Assembly (NCBI RefSeq): GCF_009914755.1
Contig: NC_060944.1
Strand: one strand, 5' to 3'
From: the human T2T-CHM13v2.0 reference genome, Homo sapiens
DNA length: 64,000 nt
In this document: positions 39,158 to 50,419 of the stretch, one piece after another
Layout of the letters: the number at the start of each line of letters is the position of its first letter
Numbering within the stretch: position 1 is the stretch's first letter
The notes under the pieces: model-generated
Databases searched by the model: none
The model's input: the letters and a program-made list of their open reading frames with translations, nothing else
Told to the model about the DNA's origin: nothing
Program-made: the position numbers and the translations under genes

Positions 39158-39598
39158 TGTTATATACTTCTGTATATAATAATATCGATATATTATACAT
39201 ACTATATGTATAATATATTTGATATATGTATGATATATCCACCTCTGGCAGAATTTACCCACATGCCTACTTCTATGTATACTAAAACTAATATTATATA
39301 GAAGTATATAATATATAGTATTATATATAGAAGTATACTTTATTATCTATATCATATATAGAAGTATATGATATACTACTATATATACTACAACACTATT
39401 ATAGAAATATAGTCTATATATGGTGTATATGATATATACTATATATAGAAGTATATATATATCATATACTTCTTATGATGCCCAGCATATCTATTCTTTT
39501 CTTTGTTTTCCTTGTTTTATGTTTGTTTTCTTTGTTTTATATCATATACTTCTACATGTAGTATATATCGTATACATCATATATAGACTATACTTCTA
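39158..39598. repeat. AT-rich low-complexity tract with recurring TAGAAGTATA and an internal inverted repeat
   Basis: Direct read. Confidence 0.85.
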
Positions 39599-39740
39599 AG
39601 TGTATGGTCTCTATACCTGTGTCATCAGCAGCACCTGGAAACTTGTTAGAAATGTAAATTCTCAGTGATTCTCAAACTTACTTGTGTGAGATTCACCTGG
39701 AGGGCTTGTTAGACTCCAGATTGGTGGGGCCCACCCCCTG
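39599..39740. mobile_element. Two MER5A pieces in opposite orientation
   Basis: catcagcagcacctggaaacttgttagaaatgtaaattct, then cagtgattctcaaactt...cacctggagggcttgtta...gggcccacccc. Confidence 0.8.
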
Positions 39741-40300
39741 AGTTTCTGACCCATTAGGACTGGAGGGAAGCCCAAGTTGGCATTTCTAGAAAGTTCCAAC
39801 CTCCCTGATTTTCTGATCCATTAGGACTGGAGGGAAGCCCAAGTTGGCATTTCTAGAAAGTTCCAGCCCCCTGGAGTTTCTGATTCATTAGAGCTGGAGG
39901 GAAGCCTGAGTTGGCATTTCTAGAAAGTTCCAGCCCCCGAGTTTCTTCTGATCCATTAGGACTGGAAGGAAGCACGAGTTGGCATTTCTAGAAAGTTCCA
40001 GGCCCCTGAGTTTCTGACCCGTTAGAGCTGGAGGGAAGCCTGAGTTGGTATTTCTAGAAAGTTCCAACCCCGGAGTTTCTGATCCATTAGGACTGGAGGG
40101 AAGCCCGAGTTGGCATTTCTAGAAAGTTCCAATCCCTGGAGTTTCTGATCCATTAGGACTGGAGGGAAGCCCGAGTTGGCATTTCTAGAAAGTTCCAATC
40201 CCCGGAGTTGCTGATCCATTAGAACTGGAGGGAAGCTCGAGTTGATCCTGATCTATTAGGACTGGAGGGAAGCCCGAGTTGGCATTTCTAGAAAGTTCCA
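39740..40300. repeat. ~66-bp minisatellite (8 full units plus one partial) derived from MER5A internal sequence
   Basis: Unit gagtttctgatccattaggactggagggaagcccgagttggcatttctagaaagttccaatcccc; spacing 65-68 bp; contiguous with the upstream MER5A. Confidence 0.95.
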
Positions 40301-40302
40301 GC

Positions 40303-40339
40303 TGTATTAGTTAAGGTCTGTATAAAAACAGAACCAATC

Positions 40340-40388
<49 letters not shown>

Positions 40389-40694
40389 TATGAGGAGTTT
40401 TATTTTGGGAGTTGGCTCACTTGCTTACGAGGCCAAGAAGTCCTGTGATCTGCTGTCTGCAAGCTGGAGACCCAGGAAAGCCAGTGGTGTAATTCACTGT
40501 GAGTTCAAAGGCCTGAGAAACCCGGGCTTCAATGCTGTAACTCTCAGTCTGAGGCTATAGGACTGACAAGGTGTGGGATGGGGGTACTGATGTAAGTCTG
40601 GGAGTCTGAAGACCTGAGAAACAGGAGCTCCAGTCCCTGCGGGCATGAGAAGATGGATGTCAGAGCTCAAGAAGAGACAGGAAGTTCACCCTTC
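40303..40694 (-). mobile_element. MLT2 (ERVL) LTR with internal (TA)n
   Basis: aaacagaaccaatcaga(ta)n...tgctgtctgcaagctggagacccaggaaagccagtggtgtaattc. Confidence 0.85.
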
Positions 40695-41240
40695 ATTTAT
40701 TTATTGTGGTCTCTCCCCAGTGGAATATAAGGTGCTGGACAGCAAGGATTTTAGTCTGTTTAATTTGCCGCTGTATCCTCAGCACTGAGGTCACTGACTG
40801 GGACATAGTAAGCACTCATTTTACATTTTTGGAACAAATTTACTTCAGGCACAGATAAAGTTTACCTGAACCAAATAAGTGAACAGAATTATTTATAGGC
40901 CCCTGGTTTATTAATCCACTTCCTGTCCTTCATGGCTGTTGTTTCATATTTGATTCATGCATGGCATAAACATTTATGACAATCTTGTTCATATCATAAT
41001 TGTTGTTAGCAGCTAACATTTATTGCAGACTTAATAGTTGTCACTGTGTTAACCACTTCAATGCATTGTCTGATTTAATCCTTATATCAGTCCTACAATG
41101 TCTTTGCTATTTTATCCCCATTTTACAGATGAGAAAAATGAGGCTAAGAGAGCTTAATTCACTTGTCTAGTGAATTCACATATCACACTGCGAGGTGTTA
41201 TGGGATGCCGGAATTCAAGCCCAGATCTGACACCAAAGTC
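40695..41240. mobile_element. L2 3' end (+) and MIR (-)
   Basis: gctgtatcctcagcac...acatagtaagcactca; ccccattttacagatgagaaaaatgaggct. Confidence 0.8.
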
Positions 41241-41700
41241 GATGTGTTCTGAACATACAAACTGCTAAAGTTCCACTTCAAGTGCCTTCTTGCTATGTGG
41301 CTGGCCATGACTCTTTATAGCTGAATCCCCATTGTAACTTGCTCATAAAGTTGACTGGCATTGGTTGAGTCATATTTCCAAACATCAGGTGACACTAATA
41401 GCACTGACTGGAACAGAATTCAGCCAGCTCATTGTTTGACCATTCCACTTTCTCCTTTTCTGTCTTCTTATGTGGTTGAATAGTGTGCTATGAACTCTTT
41501 CCCTATGGATGGACATTCACAAGTTTTTGATGTTCTGCATAGTGTGCTGAATAATACTGAACACATCTTTAACAGTAACCTTAGGATAAATTAATAGGTA
41601 CTTTTAATTATAACATAGGTATACTGTCTTCCAGACAAGTTTTTTTTTTTTTTTTTTTTTTTTTGCCACATAGTTTACTCTTTTTTCCCCATAGTGTGGT

Positions 41701-42062
41701 TGATATGATTTGGCTATGTCCCCACCCAAATCTCATCTTGAATTGTAATTCCCATAATCCCCACGTGTCATGGGAGGGACCTGGTAGGAGGTCATTGAAT
41801 CATGGGGGTGGGTTTTTCCTGTGCTATTCTCATGATAGTGAATAAGACTCACGAGATCTGCTGCTTTTATGAAGGGCAGTTCCCCTGCACAGCTCTCTTG
41901 CCTGCCACCAGGTAAGACGTGCCTTTGCTCCACCTTCGCCTTCCACCATGATTGTGAGGCCTCCCCAGCTATGTGGAACCATGAGTCTATTAAACCTCTT
42001 TTTCTTTATTAATTACCCAGTCTTGGGTATTTCTTCATAGATCATGAAAATGGACTAATACA
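41701..42062 (+). mobile_element. THE1 (THE1B/C-like) solo LTR
   Basis: tgatatgatttggctatgtccccacccaaatctcatc...gaaaatggactaataca; perfect TSD GTGGT. Confidence 0.95.
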
Positions 42063-43011
42063 GTGGTAGACTGAAGATCTAGCAGTCTTATGGTGCATTA
42101 GTTGATAGCATGTGCCGTTTTCAAAGACATTAACATTTGTTACTGTGCTCAGACCCAACACCCACCCATCACCATTGACTCTCAGCAGATCCTGTCACCA
42201 GAGGCCATCCACCTCTGGTAGAGAACACAGGTTTGCACTTCTATGTTATCCACTCTCGAGGACTTTGTCTTTATTTGCTCTCTCATTTCCATCCTTTTAC
42301 CTTGAGACCCTTTCTTCTTGTGCCAAGATTTTGCATTTATCCTGCTTCTCTGTCTTCATCAAAGACTGTCCATGTTATGAAGATTGAGAAACTGAGGTTG
42401 ATCAAACAGTTATACCAATTGTACATGAAATAAGTCAATTCTTTTGATTTTTTTAAGATGACATCTCTGTAATCACTTAACTGTCTTATCTTCTATGGGT
42501 TCTGTACCACACAGGCATGATCATTTTTCTATTTTAACTTGAGTTTCCTCTTAAGATGTAGAAAAAGTAGTTTTTATCTCCTCCATGTTGGTCAAATGGC
42601 CTTCTGCTAATGATGCAATTAGTGAAACTATGCGAGACAAAGGGGGAGATCTTTCAGTTTTAGAAAGTCAATGAAGTGGCAAAATCTGCCGCATTTGCTG
42701 TATGTGCAAAATATTTCACAGAGCTCTACTGTAGTCTTTTTTGAGCAGCTACTGTAGTTGCTGAAGCTAAATTATAATAATTTGATGACTGTGTGCAAAA
42801 TGAATTCGCTAAAGTACTGCCTCCTCAATGGCTATCAGATTTGGTTTAGAGTGGGGAAAGGCTCTCTCTCACCTCGGTCACACCCAGAAATCTGGAGATT
42901 TCCTTACCTAGCCTCTCTTTGCTACCTTCTCTCCAGGACATATCCCCTTTTTTTTCTTCTTCTTTCAGAATTCTGTTTCCTGGTAAACAAACTCTGCTAA
43001 ATTCTTACCCA

Positions 43012-43302
43012 CATGGAGCTACCGTTTGATCCAGCCATCCCATTACTGGGTATATACCCAAAGGAAAATAAATCGTTCTACCAAAAAGACACATGCACTT
43101 GTATGTTCGTCGTGATACTATTCACAATAGCAAAGACATGGAATCCACCTAGGTGCCCATCAGTGGTGGATTGGATAAAGAAAATGTAATACATATACAC
43201 CATGGAATACTATGCAGCCTTAAAAAAGAATGAATCATGTCTTTTGCAGCAACATGGATGGAGCTGGAGTTCATAATCTTAAATGAATTAATGCAGAAAA
43301 AC
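43012..43302 (+). mobile_element. L1 ORF2 3' fragment (L1PA16/PB-like)
   Basis: atcccattactgggtatatacccaaagg...catggaatactatgcagcc...gcagcaacatggatggagctggag. Confidence 0.9.
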
Positions 43303-43417
43303 CATTGGTGATATCTTCATCACTGATGCATGTTTCAGATTATTTCTTCTGTACCTTCATGTAAAATTTCTATTCATGAGGTCCATGCCTTTTGCCTATA
43401 CCCATCTCTACCCATCC

Positions 43418-43605
43418 CTGTGGTTTGCTGGAGATGGCTTGTGCTGGCTTTGGAGAGCTAGTTGAGCACTTCTTTTTTGTGTTCTGCATCCAATTACATC
43501 ATGTTGGTAGCTTGAAATTGGCCATGGTGGGAGTATTTACACCATGAAAATTGGCCAGTGCTACAAATCAGAGCGAATTACTTAACATTTCCCAGCACAC
43601 CACTA
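43418..43605. mobile_element. MER63A-like hAT fossil
   Basis: gttggtagcttgaaattggccatggtgggagtatttacacc...ccagcacaccact. Confidence 0.85.
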
Positions 43606-43749
43606 ATCCTTTTTCTGTGGTTATCTACCTTCTTTCTGATCACCTTCCTCATTTGTTGAAGACTTTGGCTCCTGGATCACAATATTCTTTCTTCCTCCAG
43701 GTCAGACAACACTCTCAGAGATTTTGACATCTATGTTGAATTAGTGAGT

Positions 43750-44415
43750 GAGGGCCAGGGCTACTCACTATCCTGCCATGGGATACAGGGAATATAACGT
43801 AACAAAGGATTGTTTCACATCCTGGCATTTCTTCCTAGCATCCTGTTGGAAAGTCAGCTAGTTAAAAAAACCTTATTATAATTATTTGGACCTAGAACCC
43901 AAATTCTATTTTATATGTAGCACAAAGTATTCTTTATGTAACTTTAATACACTCCCCATAAATTGAAGGAGAATTGTATTATATTTTGTCTGGAAATTCA
44001 CCAAGGGCTTTCTCATCATTGAAAAAAATTCATGTCCCCGATGGCAATGCTACCGTGGTATTTGAGTCACCTGTTCAACACACCTTATTTTTCTGTATTG
44101 AGGCTATTGAGTTCAGGGGATTTTACATGAGTATGCACAGAGAATATTCCATTAGGTCTTCTCATATAGTTGTACCCAAGACATATTAAATACATATTAA
44201 TTATTACAAATTATATATATATATTATCCTCTTTGTACTAGAATTGGAGCTTCATGGTGAGTTTTTTAAAAAAAATTATATTATTCATACAAAAATTTGT
44301 AATATTCTACCTGTATTTTAGAGGTAGAAAATTTGTATTATTTCATTTCAGGGTGACTAAAAGGGTGTTATATTATAAAAGAGGCTGTTAGATTGTATAG
44401 GGTTGAGAGACCTGT
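43750..44415 (+). mobile_element. MER20B-like hAT fossil
   Basis: gatggcaatgctaccgtggtatttgagtcacc...atagggttgagagacctg. Confidence 0.65.
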
Positions 44416-44999
44416 TACAATTCCCTTCAGCTGCTTTGAGTTCCCAGTTTCTGAGGATTGCTTCTCCTCCATGTAATTCCTAAGAACTGGCTCTGGACCT
44501 ATTCAACATCAAGACAACCCCATTTTTGGAAGCTCAGAGGCATCTTTTATAAGCAACCTCTGATCCTTCCAGAACCCTCCTTCTCTTATGCTCATTTCAC
44601 CTGGTCTTCTACTTCAGAGAAACTTCCAGAATCTAGATCCTTCCATTTTCTCCTTCCTGTCTTCTCATTGATGGGCACATAGTATGCTCTGACTCCATCC
44701 CCTGTGGATGGACATTGAGGCTGTTTCCAAGTTTTCGATGTTCTACATAGTGGGGTGAATAATATTGCATGCATCTTTAGTGGTAACCTTAGGGTAAATT
44801 CCCAGAAGAAGAATTGGATGCTTTTTTAAATTTTGATGCTATTACCACATTAGCCTCCCTGCATTTGGACAGTGCTACTTCATGAAACAAAAAGTATATA
44901 TTTTACTTAGTGAAACAAGTGAGATGGTTACTGAGGCAATTGTCATTCTTCTCGGTCATAAATAGTACCTATTTTGATAGCTTTCTTTTTCCTTTTCTG

Positions 45000-45886
45000 T
45001 AGACCACACTCATGCATCCTTCACTGCTACCAGCCTTGTTCAAGACACTTGAATTATTGCAGTGGCATCTTAACAGTCTCCTGCTTTCAGCCTTTTTGCT
45101 CTGACACAGTCTGTTTGCAGTTCACATCCTTTCACTTCTCAAACTCTTGGATGGCTTCCATGTCCCCCGGAGCGAATGCTCAAACCTCCCACAGTCCATG
45201 TGCTTTGGCTACCAATGACCCTGCCAACGTCGTCTCCCTCCATCTCCTTCTCCCTCCTGCTTAGCCACACTTGTCTCCCCAGGGCCTTCGCACTTGCTTT
45301 CTTCCTCGTTTGCCGTACTCCCAGCTACCCACAGGGCTTCTTCTCCCACTTCCATGAGTGCTCTGCACATGTATTGAGCAGGACTTCGCAGCCACTCACT
45401 ATGAAATAGTAGTCCCTCCCTCTCCCCCTGAGTTACTTTTCTCCACAGTACTTATAATCATTTGATATATTTACTGCTGCCCTGAATGAGGCCAGAGCTT
45501 GTTCTGTTTTGTTTTCCATTGTTTTCTTATTTCTTCCATCTCCAGTACCTGGCATATAATAGATCAGGACCAGATGGTAAATATTGTAGTCTTTATGGGC
45601 CATACGGTTCTGTCCACCCTACTGAGCTCTGACACTGTTGCGTGAAACAGCCACGGACAATACATAAACAAACGCGCACAGCCGAATTCCAATAAAACTT
45701 TATTTATGAACACCATAAATTTGAATTTCATATAATTTTCACATGTCAGGGGATATTGTTCTTTTGGTTTAAAAAATGTAAAAACCCTTCTTAACTTATG
45801 AGCCGTACAAAAAAGGGCTGAGAGCTTGAATTCGGTCTGAAGGTTGTGGTTGTGCTTAAAAGTTATTTGTTTCATGAATGAATGAA
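45000..45886 (+). mobile_element. L2 3' region with MER58B inserted (about 45563-45855)
   Basis: cccagggccttcgcacttgct...cctggcatataatag; MER58B aataaaactttatttatgaacacc...gaatttcatataattttcacatgtca; tail atgaatgaatgaa. Confidence 0.8.
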
Positions 45887-46999
45887 TATGAAAAGACTAT
45901 GTATATATTAATAACTTTCAGGCATGTATCATAATCTATGTTTAAGCCTGTGCATTTGGAAAGATATGGCACAGAACTAAATGTGCCTTTTCGCTATAGA
46001 TGTCTTACTCATTTTGACATTTCAACCATCCCTCAATAGACAAAGGGATCACTAGGATCTGGTTTAGTAAAAGTCTGAAAACTGTAGTGTAGCCTATAGA
46101 CGATAATACAAATCATCTGCTTTATTATATATGTATTTTAATAAAACAGAAAGGGGTGAAAAGACTCTGTGTATTTTCGACTGGACTGGACATCCACAGC
46201 TTTTTCCTTTGCCTTTCATAGTTTATCTTAATTGAACTTCCAGCACTGCCATCGTCTTTCTCTGCAAACTCTGTTTGGAAAAATAGACCTTAAGACCCCA
46301 GTAAGAGCACTCAAATTCCTCAGAGCAAATAACTTAAACATAACAAATCGAAGCTTACAAAAGTCGGAATTGTAAAACTAATAGGGCTGTTAAAACCAGC
46401 TTTCCTGAAAATTATGAATTGGTAGCCCTGTTTCTTATAATGGCAAATAGTGAATCTTGATCGTTCATCAGTGCACATGTCATAAATTAGGTGCTGAGAG
46501 AGGCTGCAAAATTCTTTATAGCATCACAGAAAGCTACCGTGACTGCCTTCATATCACATTGTTAGATTCCAGTGGTGCCGGCACAGATCTGGCAATGAAA
46601 GTTTTAAAATTGTAACAAGTTGTCAAATGTTTATCAACGGGATTTTATGAAGGACTAAAAAGTTACGTACGATACTGCACAGACCATTAGGGGAATAATA
46701 ATAGTAATAAAGAGACTTTATTCTCATCAAGACTTATGTGGCAGCTAGCTTTTCTCCCCAAACTTGGTTATTGGAGGATGGGAGAGGCAAATAATTCAAT
46801 GCTAGGAGTAGAACAGCTTGAAGCATTAGATGGAATATCTGTATTATGTGTTGAATAGAATATAATGAATATGTGGGGCTATATCTCTATAGATATGTAG
46901 ATCTCTCTCTGTATTTATGGAGAAAGATATTCAGGATTGAAACGCAGCCTTAACAAATGCCTTGCCAATTGTGTTTTATGGGTTCTGCCTGCGGTGTAG

Positions 47000-47715
47000 G
47001 AAGAAGGATCAGGCTGAGTTGGGTTCGGTTCCTGACTCCTCTGTTTAATATTTTTGTGTCTTCTCTACACTGAAATTACTTCTTGTTTAAGAGGAGGAAC
47101 AGTCATAAAGCCTACTTTATTAGGCTTGTTGTAATTTTTTTTAAATAAAACATTTAGCACAATTCTTTACACATATGGAGCCAAAACCCAAAATAAAAAT
47201 CCTACCTTCTTCCCTTATCAGTTGTGTGACCTTAGGCTGGTCATATTACCTCTCCCAGCCTCAGTTTCCCCATTTACTTAGTGGTGATAATATTTTCTAT
47301 TCACTAATCTTGTGGCATTGTGTGAGAATTAAATGAGATATCTTATTATCTATAGAAAGCCTAGTACACTACCAGTCACTTGGCATGTGTTCATTATAAG
47401 ATCCTTTTTCTTTTATTCAGGGGTATATTCTTAAAAGAGAGACAACATAAACTATATCTTTGGAGATGCAGGATTATAATAACTATATTTTATAAGTCAC
47501 CATTAATGCTTCCTCAGAAGATTCTAGAAATTTAATGACTATCACAAGTTTATGTGTCTATAACATTTTGCTGAAGGAAGCAGATATGTTTATTATCAAT
47601 CTCTTCTAGACTGCAAGATCCACTAGAGTAGAGAGTTTGTGCCTTTTGTTCACCTCTGCATCCCTAGCATGTTTATTTGGCACAGATAGGTGCTCAAATT
47701 ATAGTTGTTCAGTTA
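47000..47715 (+). mobile_element. MIR fragments and L2 3' end
   Basis: gttgtgtgaccttaggc...gcctcagtttccccattt; tggcacagataggtgctcaaa. Confidence 0.75.
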
Positions 47716-47809
47716 ATAGTTTTAAACAAATATATTTCCAGCAGGGAAAAGCCATAAATAAACTCACCAATTCACATTCTGTTTGTTCCTATGCACCAAG
47801 GGTAGGTGT

Positions 47810-49230
47810 ACCCTTCATCAGGATCCCAGCCGGAAATAGATGGCGCAGCCCACCTGGGTAATTTGAGGAGGGTATACAAAAACGGTGTGGGCAGTGTGCT
47901 GGGAGACCACCAGGGACCATGCAGTGCTCTGGGGCTGGTGACAAGAGGACGCTGGCATTCATTCCTTGACTAGAAGGAGGAAAGGGAGAGGAGCTGACTG
48001 ACTGAGGGAGGTCCTGCAAGCCTGTGAGCTGACTGGGAGGAGAGGAAGTGCTCTGGCAGGGCTGGGAGCTAGGAGCTGGGAGCTGGGAGCTTTCCTTGAG
48101 GGAGGTGCTGGCTTTGCAGGTGTCCATGTGGTCAGGCTGAACCATACTTCCTGGAATCCTCTTCTCAGTGGTGTGGCTGGGGAAGGGTACAGAGAAACTC
48201 TTGTGTGGGATTTGGAGGAATGGGCGTGAAGCTGCAGCCCTTTTGTGGCTCACACATGGTCCCTATCTGCTGATTCCCCTCCTCGGCCTGCTCTGTTGCT
48301 GTTTCCTCTTCCCCTGGCGTCTCCTTTCAGCTTTCCTGACTCTTAGACTGGGTGTATGTTCATGTCAGTGATGAAGGGTCCGGTCACTGCAGGCCACCCT
48401 CATGGACATGGTCAGAGGCAACAAGAGTTGACACGGGTTTCCATCCATCCCGTGGGCTGCAGCTCCTCCTTGTAGGCACCAGCTTGTCTCTGCTTTCCCT
48501 GACTTTACATCCAGCTTCCCTCCCTGACCGTCTGCCCCATGAGCCTGGAGCATGGGACACTGCCTAATGTCACCTCCGCCCATGAGTGCTTTTGGTCAAA
48601 TCCCTGCACAAAGCCATACCTATAGGTATGCGTTCACACACACTCACCCACATTAGTGGTCCTGCTTCCCTGAATGAAAGTTGTCTTGGGCTGCTATAAC
48701 AAAGCGCCATGGCCTGGGTTTCTTCTGAACAACAGAAATTCATTCTTCCCAGTTCTGGGGGCTGGAAGTCTAAGAACAAAGTTCCAGCATTGCCAGATTC
48801 TGGTGAGGGCCCTCTTCCAGGTTGCAGACTACTGACCTCCTGTGTCTGCATCCTCTGGCCTCTTCTCACGAGGGCACTAATCTCATTGATGAGGGCTCCA
48901 CCCTCATGACCTAATCCCCTCTCCAAGGCCCCACCCTCCTAACATTATCACATTGGGGGTAAGAATTTCAACAAATAAATTTGAGAAGACACAAACATTC
49001 AGTCCATCACAAACACTCCTTGAAACAAGGAACACAGTCAGTAGTTGGTGACACCATTACAACTGACCAAGAGTGGAGAGAATTCATACCTTGATGTTCC
49101 TCTCCTCCCTCCCTGAGATACTCTGCTAGTGTATCCCAGGCAGCAAACCCCACCAGAAGGCAGAAGTCATCCTCATGGAGCCCTGCAACAGTGAAGAAGG
49201 GTGGAGAGAGGACCTAGAAGTGCAAACCAT
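47810..49230. mobile_element. Nested ERVL/MaLR LTR pile: LTR33-like outer element, MER74-like LTR (about 48040-48675), MLT1A-like LTR (48682-49011, -)
   Basis: ggaaatagatggcgcagcccacctgggtaatttgaggag and agggtggagagaggacctagaag flank the inner LTRs. The MLT1A call is clear; the other names are tentative. Confidence 0.6.
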
Positions 49231-50419
49231 CTCTAGGGAGATGTCCACTTTAAAGACCATTTGGTAAATTTGTTTTAGGTAAATTCAATTTATTTGCATG
49301 AATTGTGAATAAATTCACCTAAAACAAATTTACTAAATGGTCTCTAATGTGTCCATTGTTTCATGGACACGAGTGTCACGAATTCTATCAACATTTATTC
49401 ACACCTACGGACCAGGCGCTGTGTGGAATGCTGAGACACACACACACACAAAGACTAATTCTAAAGTGGCAGGTAATTTATTGGGTATCACTGTGTATTT
49501 TGTTCTCCCTGATGTATTTCCCCTGCCATGCAAAGAAGGAAACCGAGACTTTGAATTTGCCTGGTTGAATTTCAACAAGTCTGTTTAAATGCCTCATTTA
49601 GCATTTTACAGCAGCTTGTGTGTTGTAGGGCCAAAGGCAAGATTTTCCAAGCTTAAAATTTGGAAAATCTAAAGTCGTTTGAAGGGTATTGTGCTGGAGG
49701 GATGGAGAGGAGCATTTTTGGGAGGTGGAGGTGGGAGCAGACAGAATAGAGGGAGGATGGAGAGCGACCTTATAGCTGGCAAAGAAAATTGGCTTTTGCA
49801 TTTTTTTTTGCTGATAAAATGGGTCTGATCCCTCTTTGCTAGTGCCCCAGGAAGTGGCTGAACTTTAGAGGGGATGTCTGTGTGGGACTCCACTGACAGT
49901 ATTCTGTAGGAGTGGTGTGTATGTTTTGGGGGACACAGCATTTATCAGCAGTGATGGTTATCGTCTGAAAACCAAAGATCCTTTTTCTGAATATTCTAAG
50001 CTGCATTCACCTCCTGGGGTTTATGCATGATGCTAGAGAGGGTTAGAGAGTCCCCTCCAAGACTGAGATTGAGTTTCCTACTGGTCCAGCAGAAGGGGCC
50101 CAGAGCTGATTAAACTTAATCTCAAGAAATAAAGAAATGTGGCATTTTATGGACTGGATGTTGCTGGCTAAAATTTATATATTTACCATGGTTACATTCA
50201 TGGCAGCTACTTTTGCAAGGCACAGGGCTAGGTGCTTTTATTCTTTAATTTATTTGCCAATTCAATACATATTTATTGAGCGCCCATTTTGTGTTAGGCA
50301 CTGTTCTTAGAATGGTGCTTAGCATTGAGGATACAAGAGTGAACAAAACAGATGAAGCCCCTTGTGGAGTTTAAATTATGGTGGGAAGCTGTAAGACACT
50401 GGAAAGAACCAAAGTGTTT

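Noticed and set aside
39740-40300. CRISPR-like appearance of regularly spaced repeats
   Set aside because: Units are head-to-tail with no unique spacers, derive from MER5A and lie in primate DNA with no cas genes.
47789-48253. 154-aa minus-strand ORF
   Set aside because: Lies across nested LTR fragments, is low-complexity S/P-rich and shows no domain.
49250-49347. MADE1/miR-548 origin for the hairpin
   Set aside because: Lacks the MADE1 terminal motif (ggtgcaaaagtaattg).
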